Positions 41,419 to 53,611 of a stretch of DNA of 64,000 nt are shown piece by piece. A program made the translations under genes and the position numbers. Position 1 is the stretch's first letter. The number at the start of each line of letters is the position of its first letter. The DNA is from Eledone cirrhosa (taxonomy: Eukaryota): assembly GCA_964016885.1 (NCBI GenBank), contig OZ024742.1:67208001-67272000 (forward strand), in the 5' to 3' direction. The notes under the pieces were generated by a model that did not search any database, was not told the origin of the DNA, and saw only the letters and a program-made list of their open reading frames with translations.

Positions 41419-42599
41419 TATCATTGTCGTTGTTGTTATTGCTCCACTATTTTGAATCTGGATAATTTATGAGTAATCTTAATCTCTCTTTAAATGGTTT
41501 TATCTTTAGTAGTAGCTTGTTATTACCAATATTTTTTCCATCCTGCCCCCGATTTTGAACAATGGAGTAACCCATACTCACACAATGGACAATAAGATAA
41601 CGACTTGCCGACACCCTGATGATCCGGGTCAAGGAATCCACAAAAGGAAATTCTACATTATATCACAGATTTAACTCTGGTGTAAACATCATAGTGCTTA
41701 AAATTTCTATAGTATACTTACCCGGAAAAGTCCTGGTGCCCAGCTTCACAGGGAGTCATGTGGTTGTCTTGGATTCAGACTAAAACTGCAGGGTGGCTTG
41801 TGGGTGAAAGCCGCTCCCTAATATCATTGTGTACACTCCAATCTATCCGTAAAATAATACACATATTAATCACTTATTCCACCAGGTAACTAAGTAGATA
41901 TCGTACCATGATAAAATAGCTAAACAGATAATATAGTTACACATCTTCATTTATTCGTTTTTGTTTTTACTCACTCTTACAGCAATACCACACAAATGCA
42001 TTCTTGTATTTTGACATACCTCCTAGTGTATTGTCACATCTAGTTTCCTAATTTAGGGTCATATATTCACCTATGGTTCTGCCCCCTTCACTTCTGGCGG
42101 ATCACAAGTAGACGGGGTAGCTGAGTAGGATGTTGCTGCTAAACGACTTGGCTACAAGGTTGATGACTCCTACAATTCATGACTACAAAATCCCTGCGAA
42201 TTGTCGAACTCTTTAAAACATCTACAATGGAAAATTTCCAAATAATCTGTCGTAAAATCCCACTATCCATACTCATTCTTCACTGTATATACTCCGCCTG
42301 GACCACCTGATATAATCTGGGAGGCTTCAAGCAGTTGAGAGCATATACTAGGATACTTCAAGATATACCCTTTGGATAATTTGCCCTAAATCGTCAACAA
42401 AATGCATCTAATATAAAGTAGTATAATATAATATATATATATATATATGTGTGTGTATATATACATATATATATATATATATAGACATAGAATATTCGAA
42501 AATATTCTGTATGTTTATAATAAACATTTTGAAGACCTAATCGCTATAGAATAGAATACGTCACGTATTACAATTAGATTCTCGATAAAAGCAAGGGAA

Positions 42600-42642
42600 G
42601 TAATCTACGCGTTTCATTCTTGTTAGAAATCATCAGGACTAC
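42600..42642 (-). ncRNA. Minimal type I hammerhead ribozyme (leftmost of 5 in arm 1, repeats every 310 bp)
   Basis: gtagtc-CTGATGA-t-ttct-aaca-agaa-t-GAAAC-gc-GTA-gattac on the - strand. Confidence 0.93.
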
Positions 42643-44472
42643 ATATCCAGTGCTTTTATCGAGAATGACACAGCTAGAGACTTATAGAATACTTAGCTGT
42701 GTACAGGAACTGGTTTGAAAGAGCGGTTGCCGGTCCGGCAGAAATTAGAAATTGGAATAAATGCTCTGAAATAGCGATATATATGTGAATATAGACATAG
42801 AATATTCGAAAATATTCTGTATGTTTATAATAAACATTTTGAAGACCTAATCGCTATAGAATAGAATACGTCACGTATTACAATTAGATTCTCGATAAAA
42901 GCAAGGGAAGTAATCTACGCGTTTCATTCTTGTTAGAAATCATCAGGACTACATATCCAGTGCTTTTATCGAGAATGACACAGCTAGAGACTTATAGAAT
43001 ACTTAGCTGTGTACAGGAACTGGTTTGAAAGAGCGGTTGCCGGTCCGGCAGAAATTAGAAATTGGAATAAATGCTCTGAAATAGCGATATATATGTGAAT
43101 ATAGACATAGAATATTCGAAAATATTCTGTATGTTTATAATAAACATTTTGAAGACCTAATCGCTATAGAATAGAATACGTCACGTATTACAATTAGATT
43201 CTCGATAAAAGCAAGGGAAGTAATCTACGCGTTTCATTCTTGTTAGAAATCATCAGGACTACATATCCAGTGCTTTTATCGAGAATGACACAGCTAGAGA
43301 CTTATAGAATACTTAGCTGTGTACAGGAACTGGTTTGAAAGAGCGGTTGCCGGTCCGGCAGAAATTAGAAATTGGAATAAATGCTCTGAAATAGCGATAT
43401 ATATGTGAATATAGACATAGAATATTCGAAAATATTCTGTATGTTTATAATAAACATTTTGAAGACCTAATCGCTATAGAATAGAATACGTCACGTATTA
43501 CAATTAGATTCTCGATAAAAGCAAGGGAAGTAATCTACGCGTTTCATTCTTGTTAGAAATCATCAGGACTACATATCCAGTGCTTTTATCGAGAATGACA
43601 CAGCTAGAGACTTATAGAATACTTAGCTGTGTACAGGAACTGGTTTGAAAGAGCGGTTGCCGGTCCGGCAGAAATTAGAAATTGGAATAAATGCTCTGAA
43701 ATAGCGATATATATGTGAATATAGACATAGAATATTCGAAAATATTCTGTATGTTTATAATAAACATTTTGAAGACCTAATCGCTATAGAATAGAATACG
43801 TCACGTATTACAATTAGATTCTCGATAAAAGCAAGGGAAGTAATCTACGCGTTTCATTCTTGTTAGAAATCATCAGGACTACATATCCTGATTACTTCCC
43901 TTGCTTTTATCGAGAATCTAATTGTAATACGTGACGTATTCTATTCTATAGCGATTAGGTCTTCAAAATGTTTATTATAAACATACAGAATATTTTCGAA
44001 TATTCTATGTCTATATTCACATATATATCGCTATTTCAGAGCATTTATTCCAATTTCTAATTTCTGCCGGACCGGCAACCGCTCTTTCAAACCAGTTCCT
44101 GTACACAGCTAAGTATTCTATAAGTCTCTAGCTGTGTCATTCTCGATAAAAGCACTGGATATGTAGTCCTGATGATTTCTAACAAGAATGAAACGTGTAG
44201 ATTACTTCCCTTGCTTTTATCGAGAATCTAATTGTAATACGTGACGTATTCTATTCTATAGCGATTAGGTCTTCAAAATGTTTATTATAAACATACAGAA
44301 TATTTTCGAATATTCTATGTCTATATTCACATATATATCGCTATTTCAGAGCATTTATTCCAATTTCTAATTTCTGCCGGACCGGCAACCGCTCTTTCAA
44401 ACCAGTTCCTGTACACAGCTAAGTATTCTATAAGTCTCTAGCTGTGTCATTCTCGATAAAAGCACTGGATAT

Positions 44473-44515
44473 GTAGTCCTGATGATTTCTAACAAGAATG
44501 AAACGCGTAGATTAC
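44473..44515 (+). ncRNA. Minimal type I hammerhead ribozyme (representative of 14 in arm 2, 44163+310n)
   Basis: Intact core, stem I gtagtc/gattac, stem II ttct/agaa, palindromic stem III ACGCGT, GUA cleavage triplet. Confidence 0.93.
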
Positions 44516-47500
44516 TTCCCTTGCTTTTATCGAGAATCTAATTGTAATACGTGACGTATTCTATTCTATAGCGATTAGGTCTTCAAAATGTTTATTATAA
44601 ACATACAGAATATTTTCGAATATTCTATGTCTATATTCACATATATATCGCTATTTCAGAGCATTTATTCCAATTTCTAATTTCTGCCGGACCGGCAACC
44701 GCTCTTTCAAACCAGTTCCTGTACACAGCTAAGTATTCTATAAGTCTCTAGCTGTGTCATTCTCGATAAAAGCACTGGATATGTAGTCCTGATGATTTCT
44801 AACAAGAATGAAACGCGTAGATTACTTCCCTTGCTTTTATCGAGAATCTAATTGTAATACGTGACGTATTCTATTCTATAGCGATTAGGTCTTCAAAATG
44901 TTTATTATAAACATACAGAATATTTTCGAATATTCTATGTCTATATTCACATATATATCGCTATTTCAGAGCATTTATTCCAATTTCTAATTTCTGCCGG
45001 ACCGGCAACCGCTCTTTCAAACCAGTTCCTGTACACAGCTAAGTATTCTATAAGTCTCTAGCTGTGTCATTCTCGATAAAAGCACTGGATATGTAGTCCT
45101 GATGATTTCTAACAAGAATGAAACGCGTAGATTACTTCCCTTGCTTTTATCGAGAATCTAATTGTAATACGTGACGTATTCTATTCTATAGCGATTAGGT
45201 CTTCAAAATGTTTATTATAAACATACAGAATATTTTCGAATATTCTATGTCTATATTCACATATATATCGCTATTTCAGAGCATTTATTCCAATTTCTAA
45301 TTTCTGCCGGACCGGCAACCGCTCTTTCAAACCAGTTCCTGTACACAGCTAAGTATTCTATAAGTCTCTAGCTGTGTCATTCTCGATAAAAGCACTGGAT
45401 ATGTAGTCCTGATGATTTCTAACAAGAATGAAACGCGTAGATTACTTCCCTTGCTTTTATCGAGAATCTAATTGTAATACGTGACGTATTCTATTCTATA
45501 GCGATTAGGTCTTCAAAATGTTTATTATAAACATACAGAATATTTTCGAATATTCTATGTCTATATTCACATATATATCGCTATTTCAGAGCATTTATTC
45601 CAATTTCTAATTTCTGCCGGACCGGCAACCGCTCTTTCAAACCAGTTCCTGTACACAGCTAAGTATTCTATAAGTCTCTAGCTGTGTCATTCTCGATAAA
45701 AGCACTGGATATGTAGTCCTGATGATTTCTAACAAGAATGAAACGCGTAGATTACTTCCCTTGCTTTTATCGAGAATCTAATTGTAATACGTGACGTATT
45801 CTATTCTATAGCGATTAGGTCTTCAAAATGTTTATTATAAACATACAGAATATTTTCGAATATTCTATGTCTATATTCACATATATATCGCTATTTCAGA
45901 GCATTTATTCCAATTTCTAATTTCTGCCGGACCGGCAACCGCTCTTTCAAACCAGTTCCTGTACACAGCTAAGTATTCTATAAGTCTCTAGCTGTGTCAT
46001 TCTCGATAAAAGCACTGGATATGTAGTCCTGATGATTTCTAACAAGAATGAAACGCGTAGATTACTTCCCTTGCTTTTATCGAGAATCTAATTGTAATAC
46101 GTGACGTATTCTATTCTATAGCGATTAGGTCTTCAAAATGTTTATTATAAACATACAGAATATTTTCGAATATTCTATGTCTATATTCACATATATATCG
46201 CTATTTCAGAGCATTTATTCCAATTTCTAATTTCTGCCGGAACGGCAACCGCTCTTTCAAACCAGTTCCTGTACACAGCTAAGTATTCTATAAGTCTCTA
46301 GCTGTGTCATTCTCGATAAAAGCACTGGATATGTAGTCCTGATGATTTCTAACAAGAATGAAACGCGTAGATTACTTCCCTTGCTTTTATCGAGAATCTA
46401 ATTGTAATACGTGACGTATTCTATTCTATAGCGATTAGGTCTTCAAAATGTTTATTATAAACATACAGAATATTTTCGAATATTCTATGTCTATATTCAC
46501 ATATATATCGCTATTTCAGAGCATTTATTCCAATTTCTAATTTCTGCCGGACCGGCAACCGCTCTTTCAAACCAGTTCCTGTACACAGCTAAGTATTCTA
46601 TAAGTCTCTAGCTGTGTCATTCTCGATAAAAGCACTGGATATGTAGTCCTGATGATTTCTAACAAGAATGAAACGCGTAGATTACTTCCCTTGCTTTTAT
46701 CGAGAATCTAATTGTAATACGTGACGTATTCTATTCTATAGCGATTAGGTCTTCAAAATGTTTATTATAAACATACAGAATATTTTCGAATATTCTATGT
46801 CTATATTCACATATATATCGCTATTTCAGAGCATTTATTCCAATTTCTAATTTCTGCCGGACCGGCAACCGCTCTTTCAAACCAGTTCCTGTACACAGCT
46901 AAGTATTCTATAAGTCTCTAGCTGTGTCATTCTCGATAAAAGCACTGGATATGTAGTCCTGATGATTTCTAACAAGAATGAAACGCGTAGATTACTTCCC
47001 TTGCTTTTATCGAGAATCTAATTGTAATACGTGACGTATTCTATTCTATAGCGATTAGGTCTTCAAAATGTTTATTATAAACATACAGAATATTTTCGAA
47101 TATTCTATGTCTATATTCACATATATATCGCTATTTCAGAGCATTTATTCCAATTTCTAATTTCTGCCGGACCGGCAACCGCTCTTTCAAACCAGTTCCT
47201 GTACACAGCTAAGTATTCTATAAGTCTCTAGCTGTGTCATTCTCGATAAAAGCACTGGATATGTAGTCCTGATGATTTCTAACAAGAATGAAACGCGTAG
47301 ATTACTTCCCTTGCTTTTATCGAGAATCTAATTGTAATACGTGACGTATTCTATTCTATAGCGATTAGGTCTTCAAAATGTTTATTATAAACATACAGAA
47401 TATTTTCGAATATTCTATGTCTATATTCACATATATATCGCTATTTCAGAGCATTTATTCCAATTTCTAATTTCTGCCGGACCGGCAACCGCTCTTTCAA

Positions 47501-48392
47501 ACCAGTTCCTGTACACAGCTAAGTATTCTATAAGTCTCTAGCTGTGTCATTCTCGATAAAAGCACTGGATATGTAGTCCTGATGATTTCTAACAAGAATG
47601 AAACGCGTAGATTACTTCCCTTGCTTTTATCGAGAATCTAATTGTAATACGTGACGTATTCTATTCTATAGCGATTAGGTCTTCAAAATGTTTATTATAA
47701 ACATACAGAATATTTTCGAATATTCTATGTCTATATTCACATATATATCGCTATTTCAGAGCATTTATTCCAATTTCTAATTTCTGCCGGACCGGCAACC
47801 GCTCTTTCAAACCAGTTCCTGTACACAGCTAAGTATTCTATAAGTCTCTAGCTGTGTCATTCTCGATAAAAGCACTGGATATGTAGTCCTGATGATTTCT
47901 AACAAGAATGAAACGCGTAGATTACTTCCCTTGCTTTTATCGAGAATCTAATTGTAATACGTGACGTATTCTATTCTATAGCGATTAGGTCTTCAAAATG
48001 TTTATTATAAACATACAGAGTATTTTCGAATATTCTATGTCTATATTCACATATATATCGCTATTTCAGAGCATTTATTCCAATTTCTAATTTCTGCCGG
48101 ACCGGCAACCGCTCTTTCAAACCAGTTCCTGTACACAGCTAAGTATTCTATAAGTCTCTAGCTGTGTCATTCTCGATAAAAGCACTGGATATGTAGTCCT
48201 GATGATTTCTAACAAGAATGAAACGCGTAGATTACTTCCCTTGCTTTTATCGAGAATCTAATTGTAATACGTGACGTATTCTATTCTATAGCGATTAGGT
48301 CTTCAAAATGTTTATTATAAACATACAGAATATTTTCGAATATTCTATGTCTATATTCACATATATATCGCTATTTCAGAGCATTTATTCCA

Positions 48393-48443
<51 letters not shown>

Positions 48444-48448
<5 letters not shown>

Positions 48449-48755
48449 TACTCCCATCATCCTCGGTCCCGGAGTTCGAAGTCCCGGTTATTCGCGGAGT
48501 TTTCCTTAGAATCTAACTGTTCGTGTAATCCACAGCATATTCGCGGACTCGTACATATCTTTTTGTGGCTTTTTATAGCAATATATATTGTTTTCCGCAT
48601 TCTTACGCTAAATTATCAAGAACAGTATATGGCATTTGCCGGCATATATTTTACGCTATGTTTTGTCGTTTAAGTGCATGTTTATTTGCCACGTCCATTA
48701 TTCGCGGGTTTTCACTCTAGTAACGAAACCCTCGCGAATACAGGGGAACAACTGC
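48444..48755. mobile_element. Degenerate Tigger/pogo-like MITE
   Basis: Right end CGCGAATACAGGGGAACAACTG, imperfect left inverted repeat, internal TATTCGCGG subterminal motifs. Confidence 0.5.
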
Positions 48756-48788
48756 ATTTAAACATAAATATACATATATATATATATA

Positions 48789-49102
48789 CATTAATCAGTA
48801 TACACTGAGGATGAAAAACTCAGAGCTGTATGGGAGCATCCCAAAAGTCAGCTCAAAAGTGACACAGAGAAGACTGAGGTTGGCTGGACATGCTCACCGA
48901 CATCCAGAGTTGACATTGCACTCGGTGCTCCTTTGGGAGCCCCTACATGGACACACTAGAAGAGGAAGACCAAGGTTAACATATGTTGATGGCCTAAGGA
49001 CAGACACTGGTCTGTTGGAGATGCAGGATATGGCAGCGATGATGAGGGACAGAGACCGCTGGAGAGAACTCGTCCATGGATCTCGGGAATTTTACCCGCC
49101 TT

Positions 49103-49104
<2 letters not shown>
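48789..49104 (+). mobile_element. 5'-truncated RTE LINE, near-identical to 2403-2719
   Basis: Direct sequence match, flanked by (TA)n. Confidence 0.9.
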
Positions 49105-49142
<38 letters not shown>

Positions 49143-49144
<2 letters not shown>

Positions 49145-49255
49145 AAACAATTCTAGTCCTGTAGAAGCCATTTCTATATTGAATTTTGTATATATTCTAC
49201 AAATGTATTGAATACTTCACTTACTGTGGTACCCCTGATTTAACCCGGTACTCAC
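49143..49255 (+). mobile_element. Family B element, truncated within the hammerhead 3' half
   Basis: tGAAACaattctaGTCctgtagaagcc.. matches 21385-21430 and the reverse complement of 21256-21367. Confidence 0.65.
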
Positions 49256-49561
49256 ACACACGTATATATAATAATATATAAGCGAAGGGACTGTGGTATT
49301 TTATTAAATCTCGTTTAAGTGCTAAGCGATGCTTGTGTGTTTACATGCTTGCCAGCGCGCGGCTGATTAAATGTCAGTTGTAGTATTGAAACCCTTTTTT
49401 ACCTGATCTATGAAATTTATATCCATAGAAAATGTATCAGGTTGAAATAAGTAATGGAATAATTTTGATCCTCTAAAACAAATCAATGTTCTTGTTACTC
49501 CTATATAAAATTAAAAAAATTGAAAGTATCAAAAACAAAGCATGCGTGTGTTTGTGTGCGA

Positions 49562-49640
<79 letters not shown>

Positions 49641-49813
49641 AAGTAATTCCATCGGAAATGATTTTTTCATTCCGATTTTTTCATTCTGATGACTGAAAGC
49701 ACATTTTGTTTGCTTTCAAGAAACCACTGGTAAATGAAATAATTATCTTATGTTGTTTATTACATAACTATATATATATATATAAAGAACCCTTCAATAC
49801 ATCAAAAGTCTTT

Positions 49814-49858
49814 ATTAGCCAACAATGTTTCGTCCTATTAAGGACTCATCAGGGCAAT
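49814..49858 (-). ncRNA. Minimal hammerhead ribozyme in Penelope 3' terminus
   Basis: gcc-CTGATGA-gtcc-ttaata-ggac-GAAAC-att-GTT-ggc. Confidence 0.88.
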
Positions 49859-51069
49859 CAAAACCACAAGAAGCACTATCGGCCAATACAAGCCTAAAAC
49901 TCCGAAGAATATGGAGTGTACATACACTAAAGTATTAGAAGATTATGGGTAAAAATATATAATAAAAATCACTAAGGAGGTGGATAACATTTTGAACCAT
50001 ATTACAAATATAGTCCAAAGCAAAAAAACTAGAGCTAAACAAAGGTGGTTATATAGAGCGGGAATTATAGTACTATATGTAATACAATATAATATAATAT
50101 AATATACTTGTAACAATATTAAAATTAAAATTAAAATTAAAAGGCACAATATACATATGTATATATATGCGCACACGTACGCATATATACATATACATCA
50201 ATACACATTTCCATCATTAACAGCACAAATTAAACCTTATTAAGAGTTTAAATATAAATAAGCATAATAGGAATAAAAATAAAAATAATACGTATATCTA
50301 ATATACAGTATAACATGAAGTAATGAAATGATTAAAAGTAACACATATAATATATAATAAACTATATAATTATATAATATATAATATAATATAATAGATA
50401 ATCTCCGGTTAATTTACACAAACAATATAGATGTCACAATAACACTATAATAATAATATAATAATATATAATATATAATGGCATGTAAGTTAACAAATCA
50501 ATTCATATAGAGTTACAGAGCAGGTGAGAAAAAAAATATAAATTGTACAATACCCAAAATTATGATGGTACAAAAATATAAACATCTTACATGATATATA
50601 AAATTTAACATATCATAATGGTACATAAAATCATCGGTAAGTAATAAGGATCAATAGTACATGTACAAAGAGTTGAATAACAACTTCAATATAAAATAAT
50701 GAACATAATATAATATATAATTACTTATAATTACAAGGTTGGTAAACAGACACATATGTGAATGAGTGAATAAGGGCCAGACAGAAAATACTACGCACGG
50801 TAGTATTAATAAACAAATAAATAAAATCGACCGGAAATCAAAAATAAAATAAAATGAAATAAAATAATATAAAATATATAATAAGATATATACTCATAAG
50901 GTGTTAATAGTGAAAAATTAATGTGTAAGAAGATAGATATGGTAAAGTAGCCCAAAGATTATGAGAGCTAGAATTAAAAGTTGTCAAAAACTAATGATAA
51001 TAATGATGATAATAATGGTGGTAAACAAAAAGAACCTAAACTAAAAAAATAAGTAATGGAATATATCAG

Positions 51070-52638
51070 CTAATGAATACAATTTAAACTACTAGAACCT
51101 TTAGGTTTATAATAAAAGTAAGAATTAGAAATAGCGTGGGGGCAAGAAGAGAATATCTCAGACTTTCTATTAAGTAAGGATTCACTAGAGAAAATTATAG
51201 AGTGTGTCTCGAGGATACAGAGATTACAAAATTTAGTATGTGTAGAAAGGTTATTAGAGCGTGCTACTAAACGCCAATTAAAGCTATATGGTATATTAGG
51301 CCCCTTAAGATCCCAGATATAGTGTGCTGAAGAAGTAGAATTCTTAAACTTAACATGTTTGAAATTAGAGATATGAGAATTAAACCTAGTCTTAAAAGTG
51401 TTAGATGTAGAGCCTATATAAGTTCTATTAGAGGAATTAGTTATAACTACGCAAGCATAAACGATGTTCTTAGAGAGGCAGTTACCGTTTAAAGGGCAGT
51501 TAGCACTCACTCTACAGTTACACTTCCGGGTGCTATTGATTGGCTGAAGTAGTGATGCATTACACGTAGGATTACTATTAGATAAGGTCTGCTCTGGTGG
51601 TAAGGCATTTGCAGATCTGTTCAGACTAGTAGTATGTTGAGAGGAGTATCCATCCCTAATTTTCCTATTGTTAGTGCTAGCTAAATGAGAACTAATATTA
51701 GGGGTGGTAGAGAATGAAAGTTTAATAACATTTTTATTAAAAACACTATGGTATTTATGAGAAGGGGGGAAATTTTTCTCTAAGATAGAAAAGAAAGACC
51801 TAGGGATATTAGTTAATACTTCCTGATTATATGGCGGGTTCAAATAAGTATTTAGTCTCCTTCTATTTTTATCCTTTCCGACTCTACCATTATCCAATAT
51901 CCCATTATTAAGACTAGGGTTACTACAAGGATTAGTTAAAACCGCATTATTAGAATCAGCCGAAATTCCATTAAGTCTCTTTCTGTTTCTACCTCTAGTA
52001 GATCTGCTGCTGTCTGGAATCCTATCAAAAGGATTAGGGCCAATAATAGGATCAGTAGAAACAACATTATTAGAATTAGATCTACCAAAAGCATCACCAA
52101 TGAGTGAGCGCTCAGAGGGTTTGACTTGATTCCTAGAGGTATTATATTCCCTATTACGAGTCCGGTGGGTTAACTTATGGATGGGTTCAGATACACCTAT
52201 GTAATTTCTACGATTATTATGCTTCCTACTCCCATTCATGGGCATGTTATTGGATATTATGTTATTATTATTATAAGTAAGCGGAGAGTTTCTAAGGTTA
52301 CTATTATTATAATGTATTTTACTAGAGTAACCGGAATTAGCTAGGGCATTCTTATAGTACTCCGCATGTTCATTAAATGTTCCTACGTCCTTAGAGAGTG
52401 TGGAAATCCTAGTAGATACACCATTAATTATAGAGCTTATCATAGATTTGGGGTGGTTAGAATTGGGACTAACATAAGAAAGTATTTCATTAGGCTTATG
52501 GAAGGGTTTAAAACTATTAGTGACCAAATCCAAAGTCACATCTAAAAAGTTGACCGCTCTATCGTTTCTATCTATCGTGATCGAAAGGTTATAGTTTTTA
52601 AAAAAACTTATAAAGCTTCTTCTTATTATGCTCGACAT
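51070..52638 (-). pseudogene. Penelope RT C-terminus, Asn-rich linker and GIY-YIG endonuclease
   Basis: VNFLDVTLDL, SNHP, CNCR..CPL..C..IVY..YIGST..FKTRF..H, CNLCILE. Confidence 0.92.
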
Positions 52639-53275
52639 TGTTGGTGCTAGAGTTAATCACAAACAATGCATCATCACGATATAGTCCGCCTTTAAGGTGC
52701 GGAAAGGTAACATATAGTTCATTTAAGAGGAACAACCCAACAAGATCAGTTACCTGGGCCGAATCACTCGAACCCATTGTAACGTCGAAATTGTTGGGCG
52801 TGTTTTTACGGGTCCAAAATGTGTCCTCAAAATTAATGATAGTTCTACGGGCTGCTAGTATAATATCTACCTGTGATCGTGTAAGGCTGGACACTCTGAT
52901 GGCCAACATTAAGGCTTTATTGAGGAGGATGGGTGAAATCGATGTGTAGTAGGCATCAATATCGAACTGGATAAACTTATTAGATTCGAGTTTATTAATC
53001 CCAGAGAACCAATCTATAACGTCCTTAGTGTTCCCCCATAGGTTAAAATTAACTTTATCCCTAACACCTGGTATAATAAGGTCAAGGATTCTTTTACTGA
53101 TTATGGCTATATCGGACTTAGAAGGACAGATGAGTCTAACAGAGGGGTTACTAATGAAGTCTACCTTATGATCGTTAAGAGTGAATCTCGGTTCTCTAGG
53201 GTAACATGGCTGGGTATACTTATCAAGGCCGAGGTCCGAGACTATTATAAGACCCTCACTATTGATATGGTTCAA
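52598..53275 (-). pseudogene. Penelope reverse transcriptase core (5'-truncated, frameshifted into next ORF)
   Basis: FIQFDIDAYYTSI, MGSSDSAQVTDLVG, GLYRDD. Confidence 0.92.
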
Positions 53276-53383
53276 ATTATCTAGCGTAGTCTTTTTATAA
53301 TTTCTAATACTTTAGTGTATGTACACTCCATATTCTTCGGAATTTTCGGCTTGTATTGGCCGATAGTGCTTCTTGTGGTTTTG

Positions 53384-53428
53384 ATTGCCCTGATGAGTCC
53401 TTAATAGGACGAAACATTGTTGGCTAAT
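53384..53428 (+). ncRNA. Minimal hammerhead ribozyme in inverted Penelope terminus
   Basis: Identical motif on the + strand. Confidence 0.88.
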
Positions 53429-53569
53429 AAAGACTTTTGATGTATTGAAGGCTTCTTTGTTTTATTTTCATAATTCTTCGGCTCTGTTTAATTACATTGA
53501 GCTATACCTTTTACTGTCATTTCTATAATACGAAGAGGGTGTTTAACTCCAACACGCTCCAGTATTTTA

Positions 53570-53611
<42 letters not shown>

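Larger units (their letters stand above)
42481..48399. repeat. Tandem array of about 19 x 310-bp hammerhead-containing units (retrozyme-like), two inverted arms
   Basis: Arm 1 42481-43888 has about 4.5 units with ribozymes on -. Arm 2 43890-48399 has about 14.5 units with ribozymes on +. Exact 310-bp period and (TA)n at both ends. Confidence 0.97.
49785..53573 (-). mobile_element. Penelope-like element with inverted 5' terminal repeat
   Basis: RT and GIY-YIG ORFs on -. 49785-49940 is an inverted copy of about 53302-53458. (TA)n at both ends. Confidence 0.93.

Noticed and set aside
41615-41655. CTGATGAtcc..gga
   Set aside because: No adjacent GAAA or stem III.
42481-48399. CRISPR array or plain centromeric satellite
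   Set aside because: There are no variable spacers and the context is eukaryotic. The hammerhead, the RNA fold and the breakpoint at the cleavage site argue against a plain satellite.
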